A DNA stretch of 63,957 nt, the filler included, from Planctomycetota bacterium (lineage in GTDB: Bacteria > Planctomycetota > Planctomycetia > JALXBF01), in assembly GCA_026991575.1 (NCBI GenBank). It is 7 parts of 7 records of this genome, joined end to end, with 100 filler letters (N's around TTAATTAATTAA, not from the genome) between each part and the next. Parts side by side here need not be neighbours in the genome. Positions count along the whole stretch, not along the records: positions 1 to 22,681 come from JALXBF010000052.1; 6 more parts are not named here. One strand, written 5' to 3'. Under the pieces are notes generated by a model, which saw only the letters and a list, made by a program, of their open reading frames with translations, had not been told where the DNA came from and did no database searches. The position numbers and the translations under genes are program-made. Positions 1 to 10,943 of the stretch are shown piece by piece (the stretch's first letter is position 1; each line of letters begins with the position of its first letter).

Positions 1-17
1 AGAGAAGGAGCGCAGCG

Positions 18-1322
18 ATGCTGACGATTGTCACCAACCGACGTGCTGGGTGCTGCGATGGGCTGAGCCGCCGTGATTTCATTCGCATCGGGAGCTTTGC
101 TGCAGCGGGCCTCAGCTTGCCAACGCTCTTGCGTGCCCGTGCCCAGGCGGCCGCGCAGGGTAGAGCGACGCGCGACACGGCCGTTGTGTGGCTGTGGCTC
201 GGCGGCGGCGCGACCCATGTCGAGACGTTCGACCCCAAGATGGATGCACCTTCGGAGTATCGCAGCACGGTTGGCGCGGTGAACACGACGATTCCGGGCG
301 TGCAGTTGGGCGGTCTGCTGCCGAAGATGGCCTCGGTTGCCCACTACATGGCGTTCGTCCGATCGTTTTCGCATCGCAATGCGGGTCACGCCGGCGGCAC
401 GCACTGGGTGATGACCGGCTACGATAACCGCCTGGCCGACAACGGCGGACTGCCGACGCATCCGTCGATCGGCTCCATCACTGCGCGCTATCGTGGTCCG
501 AACAATCCCAGGACGGGACTGCCGACCTATGTGAGGCTAAACGGGATTTACGCCGATGGTGCTGCATGGCTGGGCAAGGCGTACGAGCCGTTCGACACGT
601 CAGGTCAGGCGCGGCGGAACATGGACCTGCGTTTGCCTGCAGACCGACTGGTCACCCGCAGGCGTCTGCTGGATTCGCTGGATCGGCTGCGCCGGGACAT
701 CGACGCGGCGGGTTTGATGGAGGGTATGGACAGCTTTGAGCAGCAGGCCTTTGAGCTGATCCTCAGCGACGCGCGCGACGCGTTTGATCTCAACAAAGAG
801 GACCCGCGCGTCGTCGAGCGCTATGGCAACGGGTTGGGGCGCCAGTTGCTCTTGGCGCGGCGTCTGTGCGAGGCCGGGGCAGGCTTCGTCACGATTCACT
901 ACGGTGGCTGGGACATGCACGGCAATATCGCCGCCGCTCTGCGGAACCGTTGCCCGCAGATGGACCACGCCGTGGCAACGTTCGTCCAGGACTGCGTGCA
1001 GCGCGGCCTGAATGAGAAGATCCTACTTGTGATCACCGGCGAGTTCGGCCGGACCCCGCGGGTTAATCGCAACGCCGGCCGCGACCACTGGCCTGCCCTG
1101 TCCACGCTGGCGCTGGCCGGCGGCGGCCTGAGGATGGGCCAGGTGGTGGGCGAATCGAATGCCAAGGCCGAGGTGCCCAAGACCACCCCGATTACGCCAC
1201 AGGACCTGATGGCTACGATCTTCACCGTGCTTGGTCTGCCGCTGGATCTGCACTACTACAACCAGGCGGGCCGGCCGACACCGATGATCACCGACGGGAA
1301 ACCAATCGCCGAGCTTCTCTAG
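18..1322 (+). CDS. DUF1501 domain-containing protein (planctomycete sulfatase-like fold, Tat-like signal)
   Basis: SRRDFI twin-arginine motif, LGGGATHVETFDPK, ARRLCEAG, WDMH, GEFGRTP and GRDHWP motifs; AAGGAG RBS upstream. Confidence 0.9.
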   Translation: MLTIVTNRRAGCCDGLSRRDFIRIGSFAAAGLSLPTLLRARAQAAAQGRATRDTAVVWLWLGGGATHVETFDPKMDAPSEYRSTVGAVNTTIPGVQLGGLLPKMASVAHYMAFVRSFSHRNAGHAGGTHWVMTGYDNRLADNGGLPTHPSIGSITARYRGPNNPRTGLPTYVRLNGIYADGAAWLGKAYEPFDTSGQARRNMDLRLPADRLVTRRRLLDSLDRLRRDIDAAGLMEGMDSFEQQAFELILSDARDAFDLNKEDPRVVERYGNGLGRQLLLARRLCEAGAGFVTIHYGGWDMHGNIAAALRNRCPQMDHAVATFVQDCVQRGLNEKILLVITGEFGRTPRVNRNAGRDHWPALSTLALAGGGLRMGQVVGESNAKAEVPKTTPITPQDLMATIFTVLGLPLDLHYYNQAGRPTPMITDGKPIAELL

Positions 1323-1419
1323 AGGAAAAAGCCAGTCTGCCGTGTGACGCGGAAGCCCAGCGGCAGGCAAGCCCGCACAAGGGGTGACGGTCGCGGGATT
1401 GGCCGCGGCCGGCACCCCG

Positions 1420-2394
1420 TTACAGCGCGGTTGCTTCCAGCAGCTGCAGCAGCTCGTGGCGTGGTTTCTTCTTTGTGTTGACCGCCTCGGTCAGCGGCGT
1501 GAGCGTGCAGTTGCCGTTGACTTCGCCCACGAGCATGCCCGTGGCATCCTGCTCCAGCGCTCGAACCGCATAGCCGCCCAACCTCGTAGCCAGGATCCGA
1601 TCTCGGGCAGTCGGTGGCCCTCCGCGCTGGACGTGGCCCAGGACACAGAGTCGGTAGTTATCCGGTTTGTCCTGGCTGGCAAAGTACTCGGCAATCGCGC
1701 GGCCGTCGCCATGCGGATGCCCTTCTGCAACGACGACGATGCAGCTTGTCTTGCCACGCTCGTGCGCCCGACGAATCTCCGCGAATGCCTCCGCCGGCGA
1801 CTTAGGGGCCTCTGGGATCAGCGCCAGCTCAGCCCCCGCGGCGATGGCAACGTCCAGCGCGTTGAAGCCACTGTCTCGCCCCATCACCTCGACGATGAAC
1901 GTCCGATCCAGTGCTTCGGCCGTGTCCCGCAACCTGTCAATTGCCTCCAGCGCGACGTTAACTGCCGTGTCGTAGCCGATCGTGTAATCGGTGCCCGCCA
2001 GGTCGTTATCGATGGTGCCGGGTAGAACAAGAACATGGCCGTCCCAGTAGCGTTGCAGTTCGATGGCCCCCCGCGCCGTTCCGTTACCACCGATCGCTAC
2101 CAGCGCGTCGATGCGGTGCGCCCGCAGTGCGTCCGCGGCAGCCCGCAACCCCTCAGGCGTGCGAAAGCGGCGACACCGTGAAGTCTTCAGGATCGTGCCA
2201 CCGCGGTGCACTATGCCCGAGACGGATCGAAGCGTCAGCACGCAGAACAACCGCTCAATCAGGCCGGCATAGCCTCGCTCCACACCCAGCACTTCCCAGC
2301 CCTGCCCAATTCCCGTACGGACCACGGCACGTACGGCAGCGTTCATACCGGGCGCATCACCACCGGAGCAGAGTACGGCCAGTCTCTTCGCCAT
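1420..2394 (-). CDS. pfkA: ATP-dependent 6-phosphofructokinase
   Basis: SGGDAPGMN, GGTILKTSR, GGNGT, PGTIDND, VEVMGR and LGHVQRGG motifs. Confidence 0.95.
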   Translation of the reverse strand: MAKRLAVLCSGGDAPGMNAAVRAVVRTGIGQGWEVLGVERGYAGLIERLFCVLTLRSVSGIVHRGGTILKTSRCRRFRTPEGLRAAADALRAHRIDALVAIGGNGTARGAIELQRYWDGHVLVLPGTIDNDLAGTDYTIGYDTAVNVALEAIDRLRDTAEALDRTFIVEVMGRDSGFNALDVAIAAGAELALIPEAPKSPAEAFAEIRRAHERGKTSCIVVVAEGHPHGDGRAIAEYFASQDKPDNYRLCVLGHVQRGGPPTARDRILATRLGGYAVRALEQDATGMLVGEVNGNCTLTPLTEAVNTKKKPRHELLQLLEATAL

Positions 2395-2420
2395 CGACGC
2401 ATTCCCCCACCATGTGATCG

Positions 2421-2723
2421 CTACGGATCCAGGACATCCGGTATGACAAAGACTTTGCCGTCACCGATCCGGCCGGTGCGAGCCGTGCTCACGATTGCCT
2501 GCACCACCCGGCTGACGGCGTGGTCTTCGACCCAGCAGACGATCTCAACCTTCGGCACGAATGCCGGCGACGTGCGATCGCGGGCGTACCGGCGCAGGTG
2601 TCCCTTTTGCCGCCCAAAGCCGCGCGCTTCGCGGACAACGCAGTCTGTAACTCCAAGTTGTCCCAGTCGTTCCAGAACGGCCTGTGCCCGGAAAGGCTTC
2701 ACGATTGCGATGACCTGACGCAC
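2421..2723 (-). CDS. P-II family signal transduction protein (atypical T-loop, short C-terminus)
   Basis: AIVKPF, GFGRQKG, FVPKVEI and TGRIGDGKVFV motifs; GTG start with GGAG RBS. Confidence 0.9.
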   Translation of the reverse strand: MRQVIAIVKPFRAQAVLERLGQLGVTDCVVREARGFGRQKGHLRRYARDRTSPAFVPKVEIVCWVEDHAVSRVVQAIVSTARTGRIGDGKVFVIPDVLDP

Positions 2724-2735
2724 TCCAGCGGCTCC

Positions 2736-5072
2736 CTATGGCTCCGTGCATTCCGTCAGAATCTTCCGGTACACGCGGCGTGCATGCTCGTAAGCAGCCC
2801 TGGCTTCCGCGCGTTCCTCTTTCCGTATCGCTCGCACTTTCTGCTGCCAGCACTGGTCCACGGCCTTCAGACACCACTCGGCCGACCGCCGGCTGGCCCG
2901 CACCGGCTTACCCCCCACTATGACCCAGACCGGATTGGTGTGCGATGAGCCCAGGATCCGAGCCGCGATCCAACTGGACTGCTCCACCGGCACGTCCACG
3001 GCAATCTCATGCCAGCTACCGTCTGCCTCGATCGTCCTCGTCGCTTCCTTGACCGGATAGCCGTTGACCACGATCTCCACGGGCACCTTGCGACTGCTGC
3101 CGACCCTGGCCCGTTCGATGTGCCAGTACGGCTTCTGGTAGTAGGGACGGGCCTTGATAGCACGACCTTCTGGACCCGGCTTTTCCGGCAGCAGCGCGGC
3201 GACCTTTAACGTCACGCGCACCTCGCCCGGCTCGTTCAAGTGAACGTCCCCCTGGCCGTACTCCACACCATTCACGGCAAAGTCGACCAAGTGGCTGTTA
3301 CCCTCGGTCACATAGCTGCGGCCGCGCTTCAGGCCGTCGATCCACTTTGCGTACGTTAGCTCACCGTCGAGCTTCACGTACACACGGCCGATACCCACCC
3401 GCTGCCCGAAGATGCACGGGAAGTCGGTCTCACCGGACAACCTGGTACGGAAGCCGCAGTTCAGCGTGTGGTACCAGATATTCAGCTCCCACACGTACGG
3501 GGTATCGACCGCAGAAATGAAGTCGACGGCATCGTGCGTCACATCAACGATGTACTCGTTTGCGCCGATGCCGTTCATGGGGGGTACCAGGTAATTGGGC
3601 AGTTGGTCGGTGTCAACGTTCAACCCCCACCCTGAGTGGGCGAAACCGACCACGGCGCCCTGCGCCTTGGCCCACTTCAGGATCGGCAAATCCCAGCTCG
3701 GCCATTCCTCGATGCGGCTCGTCTTCCGTCCGTCCGGGTACTCATAGTCGTCCTCCTTCAGGTTCAGCAAGCAGAGATGACCGGCATGAGACGACGGGAA
3801 CCCGGAAACCTCCACGTCGTAGCGCATGATGTAGTTCTTGCGTGACAGCGGGTGAACCCGCCCCTCGAAGAACTGCTTCTGGAAATACCAGCACGGGCCC
3901 CAGGACAGAACGCAGCCCACGTTGAGATCTTCGCCGAGGACGTGCCGCATCATGTCCTTCGGGTACACCCCCTCGGTGGGTGTGTCGTAATGGCTACAGC
4001 CAGCCGCGTGGATGTGATGGTCGCCGGAGTAGTAGCCCAGCTCTTTGAGGTGTACCCATCGCCGCAGGCGGAACGTCAGCGTTACCGCCTCCGTCTCGGG
4101 AATCTCCACCGTCCGCTCCAGGACCACGTACTCCGGGCCCCGGCCATAGCGGATCGTGTACTGACCGGCAGGCAGCTTCACGAACTCACCACTCTGGCGG
4201 TAAACCTGGGGATGGAAGAAGAAATCCGGTGCCAGACGGCGTGCCGGAGCCGGATAGACCCGACCACGGCTGTCGCGGATCTCGAACCGCGCCATCGTCG
4301 GCGAGCCATTATCGTCGAGCACTCGGAAGACGACTTTGGTAGACGGCAAACAGGTAAACAACACGGGCACTTCGTTGCGAAACCCGATATCCTGAGTGCC
4401 CTGCCCCACGTTGAACCCGATCGTCGCTTCGCGTTTTCCAGCGTCACGGCTATACAGCTGCACAATCCTGTACTCAAGTTCCAGCCCGGAGAGCGTGCGC
4501 GTCAGAGGGGGACGGTTGTACACTGCGATGTCCAGGAACCGATGAGGCACGTCGCCGGGGCGCACGACCTGATCCGACCGCTTCGCCTTGCCGGGATCAA
4601 TCTTGCCGAACGGATCCGGCGTGCCACTGGATCGCGTGTACAGCGGCGCCGCATTTGGGCTTTCCGCCTGCAGTTCCGCAGTGACGCCGGCTTCGTTATG
4701 GACCTTCACCAGGAAACTGCGCCAGCCTTGCTCCTGGAGCACCGGCGCTGCGGGTCCGGTTCTCACCTTGACCCGACTCTCCGGATTGATGTTCACGAAG
4801 AACAACACGTGCTTGTCGAGCACGCGCTGGATTGCCCGCACAGCCTCGCTTGGCTTGTCCGATCGGATCAACCGCGCGAGTTGTTCGCGATCGGACTGAG
4901 GCAGGGGGGCACCGATGTAATCTAGCGCCTGAACCAAGCGTGCCACCTGCGCCGCCAGCGGCTGGTACTCAACGTCGGTAATGAGCGGCAGCTCGTCCTG
5001 TGCCTCCGCCGCGGCAACAAGCAAACCGACGACCACCGTAACGAAACCTACCCGTCTGAGATTGTCCGTCAT
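2736..5072 (-). CDS. Secreted CehA/McbA-type PHP-domain metallohydrolase
   Basis: Signal peptide, INPESRVKV, GDHHIHAAGC, HAGHL and SGETDFPC motifs; start moved to ATG 5072 because of GGAGG RBS. Confidence 0.8.
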   Translation of the reverse strand: MTDNLRRVGFVTVVVGLLVAAAEAQDELPLITDVEYQPLAAQVARLVQALDYIGAPLPQSDREQLARLIRSDKPSEAVRAIQRVLDKHVLFFVNINPESRVKVRTGPAAPVLQEQGWRSFLVKVHNEAGVTAELQAESPNAAPLYTRSSGTPDPFGKIDPGKAKRSDQVVRPGDVPHRFLDIAVYNRPPLTRTLSGLELEYRIVQLYSRDAGKREATIGFNVGQGTQDIGFRNEVPVLFTCLPSTKVVFRVLDDNGSPTMARFEIRDSRGRVYPAPARRLAPDFFFHPQVYRQSGEFVKLPAGQYTIRYGRGPEYVVLERTVEIPETEAVTLTFRLRRWVHLKELGYYSGDHHIHAAGCSHYDTPTEGVYPKDMMRHVLGEDLNVGCVLSWGPCWYFQKQFFEGRVHPLSRKNYIMRYDVEVSGFPSSHAGHLCLLNLKEDDYEYPDGRKTSRIEEWPSWDLPILKWAKAQGAVVGFAHSGWGLNVDTDQLPNYLVPPMNGIGANEYIVDVTHDAVDFISAVDTPYVWELNIWYHTLNCGFRTRLSGETDFPCIFGQRVGIGRVYVKLDGELTYAKWIDGLKRGRSYVTEGNSHLVDFAVNGVEYGQGDVHLNEPGEVRVTLKVAALLPEKPGPEGRAIKARPYYQKPYWHIERARVGSSRKVPVEIVVNGYPVKEATRTIEADGSWHEIAVDVPVEQSSWIAARILGSSHTNPVWVIVGGKPVRASRRSAEWCLKAVDQCWQQKVRAIRKEERAEARAAYEHARRVYRKILTECTEP

Positions 5073-5216
5073 GGTTCGCTGTCCTCCCACCCTGAGTCGG
5101 GCCCGGACGAACCGGCGCGGCGGCACCAGGCTGAAGAACTGCGCCGCGATCCGGGCAGGTCGTGAGCCGGCGGCACGCAGATGCTTCGGAGCGCTAGCGT
5201 CTGTCCGGCGAGGCGT

Positions 5217-6539
5217 TCAGTACTGCTGCGGATGCCACGCCATGCTCAGCTGCAACTGCAGTAGCCGTTCACCCCGGCGCACGGTCACCGGCACGCGGTC
5301 TCCTGGGCCGTGGTTGAGCCACAGCTGAGCGAGGAACGCCTCCTCGGTCAGCAGATCCCGACGGCCATCGGCTTCGATGATCACGTCCCCTTTGCGAATG
5401 CCAGCGCGCCGCGCCCGCGGATCCCAGCGAAAGACCATGTCCACCTCTAGGGCCATCCGGCCAGGCGGAATGCCGAGCCGCAAGCGTACCGCCTGGCTGG
5501 CCGGCCGCACCCTCATGCCGGGGCGCAAATGCCAGGCCAGCTCACGCCAGGTCAGGTTACCCCGTCGCCACTGCCCCTGGGGCAACCGCAGCACCGTCTG
5601 AGCCTGGCGTCCGGAACGGGCGTATTCTAGCTCAAGGTGCGTACCGTCGCGGGCTCCGTGCAGAATCCACTGGATGTCCGCCTGCGAAATCAGCGGCTGT
5701 CCGTCCAACCGCACCACGCGATCTCCCCGACGCAACCCGGCTCGATCCGCCGGCGAGCCGGGCTGCACACTGGCGATGACCAGGTCATCGTCCCGACGCA
5801 TCTTCATACCCACTGCTTCCGGCAATGGGTAGGCGAACAGATCTCGTTCCGTTAACTGGCCCCGTTCCCACCGCCAGCGCACCAGCGAGGAACCGACCAT
5901 GTGACAATGCACGCAACGCTTCGTGGCATCGTTCTGCTGCGTCCGTTTCCGCAACCAAGAGAACTGGGCCGCATAGCGAACCGGTACCGGACGCGGCTGC
6001 TTGCCGGACAGGGCCGCACGATTGGCCGGGTAGCGTGCATGTAGCTGAAGGGCCCGCTGCATCGCGTGGGTCAGCCCCGCCACGGAAATGTGCGTCGTGG
6101 ACCGATCACGATTGCCCGCCCGCGTGCCGTAGCGACCATACACGGTGCCGTCCGGGTGCATGAAGAGCACGGCCCAGGTCTGATCGTAGTCGAACTGGAA
6201 ACGAGCAAGGTCAACACCGTTGAACGACACGACACGGACAACGACGAAGCGCGCGTAGAGCCGGCGCTGCGTTTCGCTGTGACGAACAACCTGTTCGTCA
6301 AGGCCCCGGCAGGCCAGTCACGGCACTCACCGAAAAACGACCATCAACGGCTTGCCCAATGCTTCCGCCACCTGCGCCGCGCCAGCCAGGTCGTTGTACC
6401 ACCACTGGTCCGGCACCCGAATGTCCTTCAGCAACTCACGCAGCTTATCCTCACCCAGAACCGCGGATTGCTGAGCCCAGGCTTCCGAAAGGCAGGTCGC
6501 AAGAAACAGGCCGCTGAGTAACGGAACGATTCGTACCAT
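5217..6539 (-). CDS. Exported thioredoxin-like/PDZ (seleno)protein with two in-frame UGA codons (UxxUxxC) and a CxxCH motif
   Basis: ORFs 6327-6566 and 5217-6230 share a frame. Reading through TGA 6327-6329 and TGA 6318-6320 gives GKPLMVVFR-U-VP-U-LAC-RGLDEQVV at the thioredoxin CxxC position. AGAGGAG RBS before ATG 6539, signal peptide, two C-terminal PDZ-like repeats (GSPADRAGLRRGD, ARRAGIRKGD). Confidence 0.85.
6280..6315 (-). promoter_or_regulatory. Candidate bacterial SECIS element(s)
   Basis: Perfect 8-bp stem UGACGAAC-AGGUU-GUUCGUCA (6280-6300) starting 17 nt after the second UGA; smaller GGCCU-GCCG-GGGCC hairpin (6302-6315) starting 11 nt after the first UGA. Confidence 0.7.
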
Positions 6540-6730
6540 GGGCACGCTCCTCTTTGCACGGGTCACTCTTTATTGCTAAGCGCCGCGCTGCGCCGGCGAT
6601 GCACCGGTCCGGCTTGACCTGTGCACTACTGGCCAACAGTTCCCGGATCCGCCCCAGCCCGGCTCGCCGTCTCTTTCCGGCCGGAGCTATCCGCGCGGTG
6701 CCTCTCGCCGCCGCCATCCGGAGGCTCCGT

Positions 6731-7546
6731 TCAAGGTGGCTGCGCGCTCGGTTCAGACCGGGGCGGTTCGGAGCGAACGTTGGCGATGACAAAGCTAAGT
6801 GCACCGACGCCATAGACGGCGACAACGCACTCGGTCGCCACCATGGCGGCGGCACGCGGCAGGAGAAACGACAGCAACCGTAGCAAGCCCGCGGTCGTGA
6901 AGTCCACGAACGTATGCACGGCCAGGGCAGCAAACCACCATTGGCTGTGGATCGTGAAAGCTCGCAGCACCATGAGTGAGAGGGCGATCTGTAGAAGGAG
7001 AGCCCAGAGCCGTTCCCACGCGCCAAGCAACGGTTCCCAACCGGAAAGCGTCGCGAACTGCCTGCGAGCCTGCGCGAATGCGTCGGCCAACTCCGGATAC
7101 TGGTCGACGGACAGAAGGTGGATCACAAGGTACGACAGCAGGGTGCTCACCTGGATCAGCGCCACGAACATGCACTCCAGTCCCCCATGACCTGCCCCCA
7201 GCATCAGCGCCGTGGCAACGGTCCGCTGAGGCGGCTTTACCGCGAAGCGTAGCGCCAACCAGCGTCCCCCTTCCTCGAAGAGTCCCGCCGTCAGTGCAGC
7301 GACAAACAGGAAGACTGTCAGCAAGATCGGATCGTTGAGAGCCTTCTGCACGCTCGGCCGGGTCTGCAGCCACGCCATGGCGGGGATCCGCGTGAGCACC
7401 TGGAAGAGCAGAAAAACCCCCGCGCCCAGAAACCAGTACCGCCAGGACACGTGGCACCGCCGAGCAATGAGCAGCCCCGCCATCACGGGTAACACGGTGC
7501 AGATAATCGCGGCAACGCCTAGGTTGGCCACCAGTAACACGTTCAT
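6731..7546 (-). CDS. YhfC-like (DUF2324/PrsW clan) intramembrane metalloprotease
   Basis: Multiple TM segments, AGLFEEGGR, GAGHGGLE, WER and HTFVD motifs; AAAGGAG RBS before ATG 7546. Confidence 0.8.
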   Translation of the reverse strand: MNVLLVANLGVAAIICTVLPVMAGLLIARRCHVSWRYWFLGAGVFLLFQVLTRIPAMAWLQTRPSVQKALNDPILLTVFLFVAALTAGLFEEGGRWLALRFAVKPPQRTVATALMLGAGHGGLECMFVALIQVSTLLSYLVIHLLSVDQYPELADAFAQARRQFATLSGWEPLLGAWERLWALLLQIALSLMVLRAFTIHSQWWFAALAVHTFVDFTTAGLLRLLSFLLPRAAAMVATECVVAVYGVGALSFVIANVRSEPPRSEPSAQPP

Positions 7547-7790
7547 CCCGGCTCCTTTTCGCGTGGCAGCCGACCGGTCCCTTGCTGACACTGCGAGCGC
7601 AGGCTCAACGCCGGCGGCAGAGCGTGCGGTAGCCCGGGTGCCAGCGGCAGTTCTGGCCATACCCGTACGGCATGCGCCGCGGGATGCAGCGGCCATGGCC
7701 TGGAGCGATCACATCGTAGTCCCGGTGGTCGCCGCCACATCGACGCGGCGCGTCGGTTCTGCGCGCGGGGGGTCCTGGTTGCGGCTACGC

Positions 7791-8752
7791 TCAGGCGCGC
7801 GGCGGCAACCGTCGCCGCCAGTCGTCCAGTACGTCGGCCAGCGTCCGCTCGAACGGAATCTCCGCTTGCCAGGCCGTAGCCGCCCGCAATCGGCTCGGGT
7901 CGGCCACCAGCGACTTCGGGTCTCCTCGTCGCAGCCGGCCGCTGTCCTGCACGACCCGCAGCCGTACCGTGCTCAAGCCCACTAACGCATCGATTAACTC
8001 GGCGACCGTACGGCCCACGCCGCTGCCCACGTTGAACGCAGCGCCCGGCTCTGCTCGGTCCACGACCAGCCGGAACGCGCGGACAACGTCACGCACGTCG
8101 ACGAAGTCCCGCACCGCTCTCGTGTCACCGACATGAATCTCGGGCGGCTGCTCACCGCGCTCAGCGCGCACGATCTGACAGGCCACGTCCGCGGCAACGA
8201 AGCCAAGACGTTGCCTGGGACCGATCTGGTTGAAGCAACGGAGCCGAACGATGTGCAGCTCGTAGTTCACAGCCACCTGAAAGCTCAGCAGGTCTGCCGC
8301 CGCTTTGCTGGCCGCATACGGGCTGGCCGGCGCCAGTTCTGCCGTTTCATCGAGCCTTACGGGGCCGGTCGCGGCGCGGTAGATGCTACCGGTGCTGGCG
8401 AAGACGACGCGCGGTCGCCGGGTCGGCGGCAACGAACAGAGGATCTCGTACAGGGTGCGTGTGCCTTCGAGGTTCATGCGCCACGTATGCGCCGGGTCCT
8501 GAAAGCTGGCGGGCACGCTCGCCTGCGCGGCGATATGGTAGATCACCTCCGGCTGCACCGTCTGGATGACCTCGCGGAGGAACCGCGGGTCCAGCAGATC
8601 ACCCCGGAATACGGTCACTTGCTCGGCCACGGTCCAGTCGGCCGGTGGCCGGCCACTGCGGCTGATGCCCGCGACTTGGTCGCCCGACGAGACCAGGTGC
8701 TCGGCAAGATGGCTGCCAACGAAGCCCGTGATGCCGGTGATCAGTGCGCGCA

Positions 8753-8753
<1 letters not shown>
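7791..8753 (-). CDS. rmd: GDP-4-keto-6-deoxy-D-mannose reductase-like extended SDR
   Basis: ITGITGFVGSHL, AAQASVPASF, YAASK, FNQIGPRQ and RDFVDVRD motifs; ATG overlaps the gmd stop (TGATG). Confidence 0.75.
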
Positions 8754-9769
<1,016 letters not shown>

Positions 9770-9862
9770 TTACTGCTCAGACGCCACGACGCAGGAAGGC
9801 ATGCTCGGTCACCCGGGGGGCCGGGCGTAGGATACGCCCGGCCGGCTGCCGTCGTCGGATGC

Positions 9863-10921
9863 CTAGTGCGGCTGCGACCCGGGCATCTCGGTCGAGGCGC
9901 GCGCCAGCCGATCCCTGTACTGCAGTTCATAGTAGCGGCGGTACTCCCCGCTGCGGACGCGATCGACCCAATCCTGATGTTCCTGGTACCAGCGAATCGT
10001 CTCACGGAGTCCCTCCTCGAACGGCACTTGCGGCCGCCAGCCCAGTTCCCGTTCGATCTTGGAGCAATCGATGGCATAGCGGCGGTCATGGCCGGGCCGG
10101 TCTTCGACGAACCGGATGAGCGACTCGGGCTTGCCGAGCAGCTGGAGGATGGTCCTGGTGACTTCGAGGTTCGTTTTCTCGCAGCGACCGCCGACGTTGT
10201 AGACCTCACCCGGCAGGCCTCGCTGCAGCACGAGGTCGATGGCGTGGCAGTGGTCGAGCACGTGGATCCAGTCGCGCACTTGCAGGCCGTCGCCGTACAA
10301 CGGCAGCGGCTGGTCGTTGAGCGCGTTGGCGATGAACAGCGGGATAAGCTTTTCGGGGAATTGGTACGGGCCGTAGTTGTTGCTGCACCGCGTGATGATG
10401 GCAGGGAAGCCGAAGGTGTGGTGGTAGGCGCGCACGAGCAAGTCGGCGGCTGCCTTGCTTGCCGAGTACGGGCTGTTCGGCGCCAGCGGCGTCTCTTCGG
10501 TGAAATAGCCCGTGGGGCCAAGCGAGCCGTAGACCTCATCGGTCGAAATCTGAATGAACCGACGCACGCCGTGCTTGCGGGCAGCGTCCAGCAGCACCTG
10601 GGTTCCAAGTACGTTGGTGCGGATGAATGGCGTGGAGTCGTGGATTGACCGGTCCACGTGGCTCTCGGCCGCAAAGTTCACCACAGCGTCGATTCCCTGG
10701 CCCATCACCTGCTCGACGGTAGCGCGGTCGGTGATGTCGCCGCGCACGAAGTGGTGGCGTGGGTCGCCTTCGAGATCCTTGAGGTTCTCCAGATTCCCGG
10801 CATAGGTCAGTGCGTCGAGGTTCCAGATTTCCAACTCGGGATGCCGGGAGAGCATGTAGCGAACGAAGTTCGAACCGATGAAGCCACAGCCGCCGGTCAC
10901 CAAGATACGTCGGTACTCCAT
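9863..10921 (-). CDS. rfbB: dTDP-glucose 4,6-dehydratase
   Basis: TGGCGFIGSNF, DALTYAGN, AAESHVDRSI, STDEVYG, SPYSASK, CSNNYGPYQFPEK and DRPGHDRRY motifs. Confidence 0.96.
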   Translation of the reverse strand: MEYRRILVTGGCGFIGSNFVRYMLSRHPELEIWNLDALTYAGNLENLKDLEGDPRHHFVRGDITDRATVEQVMGQGIDAVVNFAAESHVDRSIHDSTPFIRTNVLGTQVLLDAARKHGVRRFIQISTDEVYGSLGPTGYFTEETPLAPNSPYSASKAAADLLVRAYHHTFGFPAIITRCSNNYGPYQFPEKLIPLFIANALNDQPLPLYGDGLQVRDWIHVLDHCHAIDLVLQRGLPGEVYNVGGRCEKTNLEVTRTILQLLGKPESLIRFVEDRPGHDRRYAIDCSKIERELGWRPQVPFEEGLRETIRWYQEHQDWVDRVRSGEYRRYYELQYRDRLARASTEMPGSQPH

Positions 10922-10943
10922 ACTGTTTGCCTCGCGTGCCAGC

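Noticed and set aside
6327..6566. Separate 79-aa ORF, or a pseudogene with nonsense mutations
   Set aside because: Two TGAs exactly at CxxC positions plus SECIS-like hairpins fit selenocysteine far better than two independent nonsense mutations
7543..7740. 65-aa ORF overlapping the YhfC-like start (ATGA)
   Set aside because: No RBS or motif and low-complexity composition; insufficient support
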